42,263 nucleotides of DNA from a virus, in IMG/VR virus record IMGVR_UViG_3300021256_000029, positions 1-42,263 of that record; one strand, 5' to 3'. Position 1 is the stretch's first letter. Every line of letters starts with the position of its first letter. Below, piece by piece: positions 31,274 through 40,139 of the stretch. Position numbers and translations under genes: made by a program. Under the pieces are notes generated by a model. The model ran no database searches and was not told where the DNA came from. It saw only the letters and a program-made list of their open reading frames with translations.

Positions 31274-31720
31274 TTACTTTTCGGATTCAGTCTTGGCGGG
31301 GCGTCCCGGTTTCTTTGGTTCGGCCTGTTCGCCGGTTCCGGCTTGCATCTTTGCAAGTTCCTTGGCCACGGCGGCCGCAACGGCGGCGTCAAACCTTTCT
31401 TGTTCGGCCTTGGCCTTGGCGGCTTCCGCTTCGGCCTTTTCTTTTTCGGCCTTTTCGGCCTGTTCTTTCAACCACACGTTCGGGTCGTGCAAGATGGTCA
31501 CGGTGTAACCCTGTTTGCGCAAACTGTTCGCAACGTGGGCTTCGAAAATCTTTTTGCCGAATTTTTGCACCCGGGGCCGGGAAATACGCTTGCCGGTTTT
31601 CGGGTCGAATTGCACGACCTCAATAACGGCGTGGTAGTCCTTTTCTTCGCCCTTGGGGACAATGTAATTTTCGGCGGTCAACTTTTCAATCGGGGTATCG
31701 CGCCCGTCTTTTGTAATCAT
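31274..31720 (-). CDS. Hypothetical head-module protein with AEK-repeat and AT-hook-like tail (148 aa)
   Basis: ATG start. The C-terminus reads KEQAEKAEKEKAEAEAAKAKAEQ...EPKKPGRPAKTESEK. Confidence 0.5.
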   Translation of the reverse strand: MITKDGRDTPIEKLTAENYIVPKGEEKDYHAVIEVVQFDPKTGKRISRPRVQKFGKKIFEAHVANSLRKQGYTVTILHDPNVWLKEQAEKAEKEKAEAEAAKAKAEQERFDAAVAAAVAKELAKMQAGTGEQAEPKKPGRPAKTESEK

Positions 31721-31739
31721 ACGTCTTTACGGTATTTGG

Positions 31740-33482
31740 TTAAACATTGGCCGGTTCGGGTTTCTGTTCATCGGCATATTTCCGAAATTCGGCCGTAATA
31801 ATTTCAATCTTTCGTTTGTACGGTATCGCTTCGCCGAAATCCAAAATGTTGGTGTTTTCACGTTCGAATCGGCGTACAAAATTAGGAAAGTTTAATTTAA
31901 TGCGCAAATCCTGTTCGGAAACCAACTTTTTGTCAAACAGTTCGGAAACCTCTTGGCGGGACAAATGCCGGAATGGTTCAAGTTCCGACAAAACCAACAT
32001 TCGGCGCAATTGCATCGGGTCGTTCCTGTATTCCGTTTCGATGATTTGGCGTTGCATCATATCCAATTCGGATTCGGACGCGCCCGCATCCTTGGCGGCT
32101 TTGTAACGCTTGCGCAATTCATCGGGGGAATACAAGTAAAATTCGGTTCCGTAATTGATGTTTGCGGAAATGAAATAACGACCATAACGCAAATGACAAA
32201 TGGTTGCATCAACCCATTGTTGCGCGGCTTCAAATCCTTTTTTAACACGATTCAAAACCGTGGTTACGCTTTCAAAGTTGGCCATTACCTGTTGTTCGTT
32301 GAACGCATCCCGGTTCGTTACGATTTCATCTTGACCGACAACGGCCGTAATGATTTCTTCGCGCAACCGCTTTTGTTCCCCAACGTTGTAATCCAACGCG
32401 TTGCGGTCAACGGTCAATAGTTGAACCGGGTTCCGCAAATCGGGTTGGTTTTCTTCGGCGTTCGGTACGGGAATTTCAACAAAGGACCCGGCCCCGATAA
32501 TACGTTTGTTGCCACATTTCGGGCAACGCAACAGTAATCCGGCCATATCCAAACGGTAATGTCCTTGTTTATCCCGCAAAAAACCGCCGTCGCAATAATC
32601 GCCGTTTTCGGCGTTGGTAAAATCGCAACTTTGTTCGTAACCGGACAAAATGGGATATGCGCCCATTAAATCCAATTGACGCTTGGAAATGTGGAAAAAT
32701 TCGAACCAATCCAACGATTCAAGAACGGCGGACAACGGGGACGCCTTTACGTCCGGTTCGTCCAACGAAATGGGTTCATTCCAAAAGAACCGCGCCGGGC
32801 AATAACCCAAATCGTGCGGGGCTTCAACCTTTGGCATACCGTCAATTGTTCCGGTGTGCTTTTTGTCGTCCCAAACACGGTATGTTTCATCGTCCAATAC
32901 AACGATTTCGTCACGACGGCGGAAAACAATATATTTCATTTGTCCCGTGGTCGGGTCCGCTTTGTACGTAATTACGTCGTCAATCGGCAACCAATAAAAA
33001 TACGGTTCCGGCAATTCGGTTTTCTGTTCCCGGGGTACGTCAACGATTAGAACGGAATTGATTTCGGATTTGAAAAATTCCCATCCCTTGGTTGACCATA
33101 CGTTGGGTTCATCCAACTTGGTTAATCTGTATTGTTCCCAATCGTCCCGTTGGGCCGTGTTAACGAATTGGTAATTGAACGCGGGGTTGCGCCCGTCGAA
33201 TATGCGGGAAAGTTTGTCAAAGCACACATCCGTTATCTCATTGGTTTTGATGGGATAACGGAATAGTGCTTTGAACAAAACAAATTTGTCGTGCGGCAAG
33301 ATATTTTCGACCATTGCCAAAAATTGGGTCAATGGCAAAGAAATGTACGGTGCATTGAAAGACGTAACGCGTTTGACCGTGTGAAATTTGATGCGCATTT
33401 GATGCAATTTCGCACGGCTCAATGTCGCGGACCTCTTATTTTCCGCAATCTTTTCTTTTATCTTGGCGACGTCGTAACCCAT
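31740..33482 (-). CDS. Portal protein (580 aa)
   Basis: Its size and its position between the terminase and the scaffold/capsid genes support the call. By position only. Confidence 0.6.
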   Translation of the reverse strand: MGYDVAKIKEKIAENKRSATLSRAKLHQMRIKFHTVKRVTSFNAPYISLPLTQFLAMVENILPHDKFVLFKALFRYPIKTNEITDVCFDKLSRIFDGRNPAFNYQFVNTAQRDDWEQYRLTKLDEPNVWSTKGWEFFKSEINSVLIVDVPREQKTELPEPYFYWLPIDDVITYKADPTTGQMKYIVFRRRDEIVVLDDETYRVWDDKKHTGTIDGMPKVEAPHDLGYCPARFFWNEPISLDEPDVKASPLSAVLESLDWFEFFHISKRQLDLMGAYPILSGYEQSCDFTNAENGDYCDGGFLRDKQGHYRLDMAGLLLRCPKCGNKRIIGAGSFVEIPVPNAEENQPDLRNPVQLLTVDRNALDYNVGEQKRLREEIITAVVGQDEIVTNRDAFNEQQVMANFESVTTVLNRVKKGFEAAQQWVDATICHLRYGRYFISANINYGTEFYLYSPDELRKRYKAAKDAGASESELDMMQRQIIETEYRNDPMQLRRMLVLSELEPFRHLSRQEVSELFDKKLVSEQDLRIKLNFPNFVRRFERENTNILDFGEAIPYKRKIEIITAEFRKYADEQKPEPANV

Positions 33483-33627
33483 TGTTCACAAATTCGAATT
33501 TTGAATTTTCCGGCAAATGCCATCCGCCATTGTTCGGCATCCTCAACAACCGTTCGGCGTGGGAAATTTCAAATTCCCGGGTAACGTCATTTGCCATCAA
33601 CGTTACCGTGGTTGTCTTGGCGTTCAT
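33436..33627 (-). CDS. Hypothetical protein (63 aa)
   Basis: ATG 2 nt after the upstream stop. Its 3' end overlaps the portal start by 47 nt. Confidence 0.4.
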   Translation of the reverse strand: MNAKTTTVTLMANDVTREFEISHAERLLRMPNNGGWHLPENSKFEFVNNGLRRRQDKRKDCGK

Positions 33628-33629
33628 AA

Positions 33630-34280
33630 CTATTCGGATGCGGGGACCAAATCGGTCAACGGGTTAAAGTCGGTAGGAACGACAATTGCCAAGTCGTCGG
33701 AATAGTTGTCGGGATATTGCCAAGAAATGGCGTTGGAATCCTTGGCGTCGAAATTCCCGTGAATCTTGGAACCGATGAACAATGCACGAATGGGAATCGG
33801 CAAATAATCGCCGGTGGTTTCGCCCTTTATGGCTTCAATCTTTCCGTTTTCGTCGAACAGGAAAACGCCAAGATTACCGGCGGCGGCTTCGCATTGCAAT
33901 TCTTTCATCGTCTTAATGACGGATTGGGGGATGGAACGCAAGGAACCATCAAATTGAACGGGGTTGCCGCCCAACACTTGGGGAATACCGCCCAAATCGT
34001 CGTTTCCGCCGGACGTCATACGGGCGTCGCCGCCGGAATCAGCGGGCGAATTGATGTACGGGGATACCACGATTTTGGAACCGTTGGCGGCGGCCAACAA
34101 TGCGGTCCAAGACGCTTTCAACAGGATGGACGCGGCGGTGGTAAACTTGTTTACGGTTCCGTCGGCTTGACGCAAGCGTTGGAACGCAACTTTTTGAATT
34201 TGGCCGAAATTTTCCGGGCAAACAACGTTGGGAATGGTTGCGATTGCGGCGGCGGCCGGGCATTGACAAATTAGTGACAT
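33630..34280 (-). CDS. Putative major tail (tube)-like structural protein (216 aa)
   Basis: It has its own class-II promoter and a ~60-nt leader. The composition is beta-rich with G/S/N/D. No other tube candidate was recognised. It lies unusually between terL and the portal. Confidence 0.35.
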   Translation of the reverse strand: MSLICQCPAAAAIATIPNVVCPENFGQIQKVAFQRLRQADGTVNKFTTAASILLKASWTALLAAANGSKIVVSPYINSPADSGGDARMTSGGNDDLGGIPQVLGGNPVQFDGSLRSIPQSVIKTMKELQCEAAAGNLGVFLFDENGKIEAIKGETTGDYLPIPIRALFIGSKIHGNFDAKDSNAISWQYPDNYSDDLAIVVPTDFNPLTDLVPASE

Positions 34281-34338
34281 AATGGTTTAATGTTTAATTG
34301 TTGATGTTTTACGGCTTACCCTTGGCCGCTTTCATCGG

Positions 34339-34346
34339 CAAATGTA
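34339..34346 (-). promoter_or_regulatory. -7 box TACATTTG of a class-II promoter (GAAAAATAAC-TACATTTG-CC)
   Basis: Exact TAnnTTTG. The 10 nt upstream are identical to those of the box at 8190. Confidence 0.5.
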
Positions 34347-34446
34347 GTTATTTTTCTTGAAAATCGCGTTATTTCGCTTCGAAAACAAAATAAGTGTAAT
34401 TCCTTGGATTTTTAGTTTGATGCGCTAAAAACGCCCGAAAATGGCT

Positions 34447-35991
34447 TTAATGGACGCGAACGCCACGGTTGGCCGCGTTGTACGGCCGCGTGTTGCCATC
34501 GGCAATTTCTTTTTCATATATTCCGGTCAATCCGTCCGCGTCGTCGTCGTGTTCGTTGGCGTCAAACCGGCGCATAAATCCCGTTAAATGTTTGTGCATT
34601 TTCGGGTATCGCGTTTCCCATCCGAACGGCATAATGATATGTTGATTGACAAATGGCGCATTAGTAACAATCCGGGATTCCTTGTTGTCGCCTTGGTAAA
34701 ACGGCACGGTCAACGCCCGCACCTTTTTTTTCACGGTCTTTTCGAATTGTGCGCCGCCACTATTCGATTCAATCCACGCTTTTTGTACGTTGTTGGTATT
34801 TATCAGCCGGGGAACGGTCACGGTCGTAATCTCTGTTGATTCGTCCGTATATTCAATATCCGTTATCAGCGCAAACAACAATGGTTCCATCCGGTGTTTC
34901 GCTTCATTCCAAATTTGGTTTTCGGACCGGTATATGTCATAAGACGCCGCAAACAAAAAGTCGTCGCCCTCATCGGCAACGTCAACGTAACATCCGGAAC
35001 GGACGTATTGGCCCCAATCCTGTTTGTCAACCCACGTTTTGAACGGTTGATACAAAAACGCCGTGGCATCCCCGGGATTACCTTGGTACAAACATTGGAA
35101 ACCCAACGGGTCCAATTGCTTTTGTTGCAACAGACGTTCCAACGAATGGCGTTTGGCCCACAATGGTTGCCCGGCTTCGCGTTGGTCAATTTCCGTTGGT
35201 TGTCCTGTTTTGATTGCTTCAAAGTTGACCAATACCCACGCGCCCGACGGGATGTTGTCGAAATCGGACCATTTTTCCGCAAATACGACCTTTTCCGTTT
35301 CAATGATTTTGCCAATAATATCTTCCGGGTGCCAACGGGTAAACACAACCAATTGTTGGGAATCATTGTGCAAACGGGTTTGTGCAACTTTCGTGAACCA
35401 TTCCCACGCGGCCGTCCGGATTATCGGGGAATTTGCTTCGGCGGAATCTTTGTACAAATCATCGTAAATCATTACGTCCACGGTCTTGGACGTCAACGAA
35501 CCGCCACGACCCACGACGCGCAACGAACCGGTATGCCCGACGATTTCGAACACGTCCGAATTTCGCAAGTAATTGTTGGCAACCGTTACCACGTTGGAAC
35601 CGTTCAATTGCGTATCCGGGAAAATGGCCCGGTATTTATCCGAATCAATCAAACGTTGCACATCCCGGTTGAAATCCTTTGCAATCGTGGCCGCATACGA
35701 ACAAATGCAAAATTTCAAGTCCGGGAAATGGCCCAACATATCGGCGGGCAAAAACCGGCTTGAACCTTGGGATTTGCCGTGTTGCGGCGGGGCCTGTATG
35801 ATTAGTTTGCGAATCATACGTTTCACGAACATATCCAACACCCGGTAATATGCAACGTGAAATGGCGTTGGGTCAAAGTTCGGGTCCATATATTCGGCGA
35901 ACCACAACAGGTTGCGCCGTGCGCCCTCTTGTAAAAACAATTCCGGGTGTTCCGATAACGCCCGGGTTATTTGCATTGTATCAACGTCCAT
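34447..35991 (-). CDS. terL: Terminase large subunit (514 aa)
   Basis: The ATG lies at 35989-35991; the track start is TTG. Walker-A-like QAPPQHGKSQ and Walker-B-like VDVMIYDDLYKD are present, with a C-terminal nuclease-sized domain. Confidence 0.8.
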   Translation of the reverse strand: MDVDTMQITRALSEHPELFLQEGARRNLLWFAEYMDPNFDPTPFHVAYYRVLDMFVKRMIRKLIIQAPPQHGKSQGSSRFLPADMLGHFPDLKFCICSYAATIAKDFNRDVQRLIDSDKYRAIFPDTQLNGSNVVTVANNYLRNSDVFEIVGHTGSLRVVGRGGSLTSKTVDVMIYDDLYKDSAEANSPIIRTAAWEWFTKVAQTRLHNDSQQLVVFTRWHPEDIIGKIIETEKVVFAEKWSDFDNIPSGAWVLVNFEAIKTGQPTEIDQREAGQPLWAKRHSLERLLQQKQLDPLGFQCLYQGNPGDATAFLYQPFKTWVDKQDWGQYVRSGCYVDVADEGDDFLFAASYDIYRSENQIWNEAKHRMEPLLFALITDIEYTDESTEITTVTVPRLINTNNVQKAWIESNSGGAQFEKTVKKKVRALTVPFYQGDNKESRIVTNAPFVNQHIIMPFGWETRYPKMHKHLTGFMRRFDANEHDDDADGLTGIYEKEIADGNTRPYNAANRGVRVH

Positions 35992-35993
35992 AA

Positions 35994-36161
35994 TCAACTA
36001 TCAATCCCAATGTTTGAAACGTTCGGCCATCGTGCGTTCATAAATGCCGTTATTGATTCAACAACACGGTTGTATTGTTCATCGGTCAAATGGCCCAAAT
36101 GAATAATAATAACATCTTCGTTCGGGTCTTGCGGACCATCTGTTTTCACAAATCCGGCCAT
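35994..36161 (-). CDS. Hypothetical acidic protein, 55 aa (below track cutoff)
   Basis: Hand translation: MAGFVKTDGPQDPNEDVIIIHLGHLTDEQYNRVVESITAFMNARWPNVSNIGIDS. The ATG follows the upstream TAA by 1 nt, and its TGA lies 2 nt before the terL ATG. Confidence 0.45.
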   Translation of the reverse strand: MAGFVKTDGPQDPNEDVIIIHLGHLTDEQYNRVVESITAFMNARWPNVSNIGIDS

Positions 36162-36162
36162 C

Positions 36163-36276
36163 TTAAAAATGGATTTGCGGTATTACCCAACACACCCGCA
36201 ACACAAACACACACGCGCCAATAATCCCAATGACAATAATAACAATGTCTTTTGTTTCAAATTCGTTCTTTTTCAT
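36163..36276 (-). CDS. Hypothetical single-TM peptide, 37 aa (below track cutoff)
   Basis: Hand translation: MKKNEFETKDIVIIVIGIIGACVFVLRVCWVIPQIHF. The ATG lies 10 nt after the GNAT stop. Confidence 0.4.
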   Translation of the reverse strand: MKKNEFETKDIVIIVIGIIGACVFVLRVCWVIPQIHF

Positions 36277-36286
36277 ACCGCTTGAA

Positions 36287-36625
36287 TTATTCCAAATCAA
36301 ACGTTAAACCAACCATCCCATCGTCATACACGCATTGTTGCGTGAATCCGTGGCGTTTGTACCAATCAACAACCCATTGTTCCGGGTCGGCCCACAAACA
36401 CAACATTTTTGCACCCATTTCCCGGGCGTGTTGCTTGGATAATTCCAACAATTCATTACCCAATCCCATACGGCGCGACGATTCGCACACACTAACACCG
36501 GACAAATGCGCAACGGCCGGGTTTTCATCCTCAACGGAAACAGTACATAAGCCCCGGCCATCGGCAATTACAATTATGTCGCCACGGCCCCAACGCCAAT
36601 TGTTTTTATGAATAATAGCGGCCAT
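36287..36625 (-). CDS. GNAT-family N-acetyltransferase (112 aa)
   Basis: Acetyl-CoA-binding motif A: VSVCESSRRMGLGNELLELSKQHAREMGA. The size is that of a minimal GNAT. TAATG overlap with the terS stop. Confidence 0.65.
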   Translation of the reverse strand: MAAIIHKNNWRWGRGDIIVIADGRGLCTVSVEDENPAVAHLSGVSVCESSRRMGLGNELLELSKQHAREMGAKMLCLWADPEQWVVDWYKRHGFTQQCVYDDGMVGLTFDLE

Positions 36626-37185
36626 TATTTTCCATTGATTGCGTCAATAACCTTTGCCAACAAATCATCCGGGACGTTGGCCAATGATATGTTCGATTTG
36701 GTTTCGGTTTCAATCTTTCCGGACAATTCGTTATTAACACGGTTTTGCCAATGTTCCGGGTCCCTGTTGCATAACGCAAAGATAATGGCCGTTGGATTCG
36801 GGGCCGCCTTTTTGTGGACAACCTTTTTTTTGACCTCAACCATTTTTCCCGCTTTATTCAATGCGTGTTCGGTCGTGGTTTCGTCCCATTCGTACCCGTT
36901 TACCAACTCAATCAACGAACGTTTACAGTCAACGACCAATTGGGAATCATACCATTGTTGGTAATCCTGTTCGGCCTTTTTAACCCGGTCCGCAAAATCC
37001 GCATCGTTCGCCAAATGGGAATAAAACGCCGTTTTGCCAACCCTTGCGGCCGTAAACGCATCTTTGTACGATTTCCCGGCGGCAATGGCCTTGCACATAA
37101 TTTCCACTTTGGTATCGGTCCATTGTGGTTTGCGGCCTTTTTTCTTGGGTTCGGCCTGTTCGATTGTCCCATTATCTTTTGCCAT
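36625..37185 (-). CDS. terS: Terminase small subunit (186 aa)
   Basis: The N-terminus has an HTH-like segment (KVEIMCKAIAAGKSYKDAFTAARVGKTAFYSHL). AIIFALCNRDPEHWQN resembles the conserved small-terminase segment. It is the first gene after the late promoter. Confidence 0.65.
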   Translation of the reverse strand: MAKDNGTIEQAEPKKKGRKPQWTDTKVEIMCKAIAAGKSYKDAFTAARVGKTAFYSHLANDADFADRVKKAEQDYQQWYDSQLVVDCKRSLIELVNGYEWDETTTEHALNKAGKMVEVKKKVVHKKAAPNPTAIIFALCNRDPEHWQNRVNNELSGKIETETKSNISLANVPDDLLAKVIDAINGK

Positions 37186-37201
37186 AACTCAATTGTTTTT
37201 G

Positions 37202-37209
37202 CAAAGTTA
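37202..37209 (-). promoter_or_regulatory. -7 box TAACTTTG upstream of terS (late-region promoter candidate)
   Basis: GAAATTTCAC-TAACTTTG-CAAAAAC lies 16 nt before the terS ATG. It is preceded by a GC hairpin at 37234-37256. Confidence 0.5.
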
Positions 37210-37263
37210 GTGAAATTTCAAAATACGACGAATCCCGGGCGTCAATGCGTCCGGGGTTTGTCC

Positions 37264-37446
37264 TTACATTTCCCGGCTTTTCCCGGGCTTTTTATTGGGC
37301 AATATGGAAATACACGCCGATTGATTCTTGTTTACGGGTTTGCCGTCCATTTCGCAATACGTCTGTTGCCAAAAAATCATTCCCGGGCAACTTGTTCGCA
37401 TACGCATACAATCGCCGCATTTCAATTTGGTTAAATCTGTTTCCAT
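37264..37446 (-). CDS. Hypothetical Cys-rich protein (60 aa)
   Basis: ATG at 37444-37446 (METDLTKLKCGDCMRMR...). It overlaps the upstream gene by 16 nt. Confidence 0.45.
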   Translation of the reverse strand: METDLTKLKCGDCMRMRTSCPGMIFWQQTYCEMDGKPVNKNQSACISILPNKKPGKSREM

Positions 37447-37772
37447 TGCTTCAATCGTTCCTTTACTTGTTCCAACGTCCAACAATCCGGGTTTGCTTTA
37501 CAGAATTTCAAGAATCCATCCCGGCCCAATTTCCGGTAAATCGGCAAAACGTCGGTACGGACCAAATCGGCTGGTTCCCCGGGTTCAATCGCCTTTTCGC
37601 GTCCGGCCTTTTCCGCATCCCGGGAACATTCGAAAATGTCTTTGCCGTCTTTGTTACAAATGACATAATCGTATTTCCCCAAATGGATGCGGCCGGTATA
37701 TCGGGCAATGGACAAATGGGAATTGGCCCAAAAGGATTCCGACATTGCCAACGGTAATTGTTCGTGTTTCAT
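37431..37772 (-). CDS. Hypothetical protein (113 aa)
   Basis: ATG start with an ATGA overlap to the upstream gene. Confidence 0.55.
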   Translation of the reverse strand: MKHEQLPLAMSESFWANSHLSIARYTGRIHLGKYDYVICNKDGKDIFECSRDAEKAGREKAIEPGEPADLVRTDVLPIYRKLGRDGFLKFCKANPDCWTLEQVKERLKQWKQI

Positions 37773-38236
37773 TTCCGGGTTCCTTTTTCTTTTTTCATTT
37801 GTTCAATCAGCGCATCAACCCGGTTTTGAAATTCATTCAAACAGTCGTCGCACCAAACGTTTCCGGCGTCGTCCTCATTGCCATTTTCGTCAAGTTCAAC
37901 GGCCTTTCCGCAAATGCAACATTTTGTTTCCGGTTCGACCTTGGGAATAAACGCCGCATCCTTGCACGGTTCGGAATAAAAACGGATTCGGACCCACAAA
38001 CATTCCCGTTCCGGGTCGTCGTGTATTTCAATTAGTCGTTCCCCGGCGCGGCCCTCTATTGCATCCCACAACGCCATAATAAATTGCGGGTCGTTGTGGT
38101 TCTTGTATGATGGTTCGATAAAGTAATGGTCGCCGCCGTTCTTGGGTTCACATTCAACCCCGGTCAACGATTCGACCATATTACACAATTGCGCGTCAAA
38201 CGCGTTCAACTTGGTTTTCCAATATTCTTGTTCCAT
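37769..38236 (-). CDS. Hypothetical protein with C-terminal zinc-ribbon-like CCxC...CxxC (155 aa)
   Basis: ATG at 38234-38236 (MEQEYWKTKL...), 1 nt after the upstream stop. Confidence 0.5.
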   Translation of the reverse strand: MEQEYWKTKLNAFDAQLCNMVESLTGVECEPKNGGDHYFIEPSYKNHNDPQFIMALWDAIEGRAGERLIEIHDDPERECLWVRIRFYSEPCKDAAFIPKVEPETKCCICGKAVELDENGNEDDAGNVWCDDCLNEFQNRVDALIEQMKKEKGTRK

Positions 38237-38237
38237 A

Positions 38238-38423
38238 TTATTCCACGGTTTCGCCAATTGATTCAAACAACGCTTTCATATCGTCGTCGTCCCCGGAAAC
38301 GGAAACGCGGGCGGTATCTTGACCGGCCACGGCAATATTCAAGACGGCGCAATTAAAGTCATTGGCCGTATTTTGGATTTTAACCGCCTTTTCAATAGGC
38401 AACAAAACGGTTTTGTGTATCAT
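38238..38423 (-). CDS. Hypothetical acidic protein (61 aa)
   Basis: ATG at 38421-38423 (MIHKTVLL...) forms an ATGA overlap with the ASCH gene stop. Confidence 0.5.
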   Translation of the reverse strand: MIHKTVLLPIEKAVKIQNTANDFNCAVLNIAVAGQDTARVSVSGDDDDMKALFESIGETVE

Positions 38424-38929
38424 TTCAAATTGATTTTCTTTTGTACCATATCCCACCCATCGGGACCCAATGCCACGTTGCGCGGGTATTCTGTAATATC
38501 GTCTTTCGGGACAATGATGTTATACAACCCCAATTGGCCCTTAATAGGCATTTCCACAACCCGGCGCGGGTTCCGCATCAACCATCCGTAACCCTTGCGC
38601 GGGCGGTCTTTTTCCGGGATGCAAGTTGCGGCCCAATCGTCGGCCGTGAATTGTTCGACGGGCTTTGTGTCATACAATTCGACAAACCCACACGTAACGC
38701 CCGCCATCCGGCCGGGCAAATTGTTCGGTTTCGCCGATGAACATATTAACAAGTCGCCGCGATACGATATGTTCCGGGTTCGTACCTCAATCGTTTTTTC
38801 CGCGTGGTATTCCCCGGATTCATCCCGGAACACAACACGCGTCAACAAATCCGCATACGGTTGTTTTACCGTTAACGCCTTGAACACGTCGTGTTGGTCC
38901 GGGTTGTAATCCTTTTTGTCTATTTGCAT
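38420..38929 (-). CDS. ASCH (PUA-like) domain protein (169 aa)
   Basis: ALTVKQPYADLL...KTIEVRTRNISYRGDLLIC matches the ASCH domain N-terminal pattern. Confidence 0.6.
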   Translation of the reverse strand: MQIDKKDYNPDQHDVFKALTVKQPYADLLTRVVFRDESGEYHAEKTIEVRTRNISYRGDLLICSSAKPNNLPGRMAGVTCGFVELYDTKPVEQFTADDWAATCIPEKDRPRKGYGWLMRNPRRVVEMPIKGQLGLYNIIVPKDDITEYPRNVALGPDGWDMVQKKINLK

Positions 38930-38940
38930 AACCGTTCAAT

Positions 38941-39351
38941 TTATACCGGCATATCGTCGTTGGTGTTATATCCGCCGCCGGGCGTGTAATCCGGGGCCGG
39001 GGCCGGGGCCTGTTCGGGCTTTTTGCCGCCCAACAATTCCATTTCGTCCACAATGATTTCCGTAATGTAACGGGTTTGTCCGGCGTTGTCTTGGTATGAA
39101 CGGGTGCGGACCTTTCCCACAATCAAAAGCGGGGTTCCCTTTTTGACGTACTGTTGGCATACGCCCGCCAATCCGGATTGTTTGACAACGATATTGTGCC
39201 AATCGGTCACATCGGGAATTTCTTTGCCGTCCCGGGTCGTAAACCCGCGTTCGGTCGTTGCCAATGTAAATTGCGCAACCTTTCCGCCATTTTGGAAATC
39301 GGTAATGGTCGGGTCTTGGCCAACGTTACCTTTCAAAAAACACTTGTTCAT
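38941..39351 (-). CDS. ssb: Single-stranded DNA-binding protein (136 aa)
   Basis: OB-fold SSB pattern (NKCFLKGNVGQDP...FTLATTE...TDWHNIVV...YVKKGTPLLIVGKVRTRSY). This is followed by a P/G-rich linker and the acidic tip NDDMPV. Confidence 0.85.
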   Translation of the reverse strand: MNKCFLKGNVGQDPTITDFQNGGKVAQFTLATTERGFTTRDGKEIPDVTDWHNIVVKQSGLAGVCQQYVKKGTPLLIVGKVRTRSYQDNAGQTRYITEIIVDEMELLGGKKPEQAPAPAPDYTPGGGYNTNDDMPV

Positions 39352-39395
39352 ATTGTAAAGTTTTTGTCAAAATTTCATTAAATTTTACCATTCTT

Positions 39396-39713
39396 TCAAT
39401 CGTCGAATCGTGCGCCCTGTAACAAATACCGGCGTTTGTAATCAGTCCATCCGGCGGCATTGTTCAAATTTTCCCGGTCGCCCTCTCTTACAAACTCAAC
39501 CCATACCCCGGAAATCCCTTGGTCAACAATCCGAACCAACCGGCCAACAAAGTATTTCCGGAACCGGTAATATTCGCATTGTTCGTTTATGGCCAACACC
39601 CGTTTTGTGTTCTTTGGATGCGGCGTTTTCGGTGCGCGGCCGTTCCGCTTGAAATTGGCTTTGGCAAAATCCTTGCGGATTGACCGGCGCACCAATTCGT
39701 TGTAATCTTTCAT
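39396..39713 (-). CDS. Hypothetical basic protein (105 aa)
   Basis: ATG start with an ATGA overlap to the upstream gene. Confidence 0.55.
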   Translation of the reverse strand: MKDYNELVRRSIRKDFAKANFKRNGRAPKTPHPKNTKRVLAINEQCEYYRFRKYFVGRLVRIVDQGISGVWVEFVREGDRENLNNAAGWTDYKRRYLLQGARFDD

Positions 39714-39961
39714 TCCGGGTCGTATGGTTCGGGTTTATCCACGGAAACCAACACGGGTTGCAATGGTTGTCCAAACGTCAACAAAGATACGAAAATAACG
39801 CCGGTTTCCTGTACGCGTTTCAGTTCATCCGGGGATAACGCCCAACAGGTGTTTATTTGGCCCGTTTGGGGCTTTCCCACGCGTTCGGCGGGCAACGGTT
39901 GGTATTCCGGTTGTTCCGCCCCAAAAACGACGTTTACGCCGTCAAATTTAATCGGTTCCAT
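39710..39961 (-). CDS. Hypothetical protein (83 aa)
   Basis: ATG start with a 14-nt overlap to the upstream gene. Confidence 0.5.
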   Translation of the reverse strand: MEPIKFDGVNVVFGAEQPEYQPLPAERVGKPQTGQINTCWALSPDELKRVQETGVIFVSLLTFGQPLQPVLVSVDKPEPYDPE

Positions 39962-40139
39962 ACTGAATTGTTATTGTTATTGGTTTCTTTGCTTTCAACG
40001 CAGGTGCAATCAACGGCCAAATCATTTCTTCCAATTCCGCGCCCACGTCGTTTGCATTGCGGCAAATCTTGATTACGCGGCCATTGTCGAACGCAAACGT
40101 TCCATCCGGTTCCGGGTAAATTTCCGCCTTACTTTGCAT
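39948..40139 (-). CDS. Hypothetical protein (63 aa)
   Basis: ATG start with an 11-nt overlap to the upstream gene. Confidence 0.5.
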   Translation of the reverse strand: MQSKAEIYPEPDGTFAFDNGRVIKICRNANDVGAELEEMIWPLIAPALKAKKPITITIQYGTD

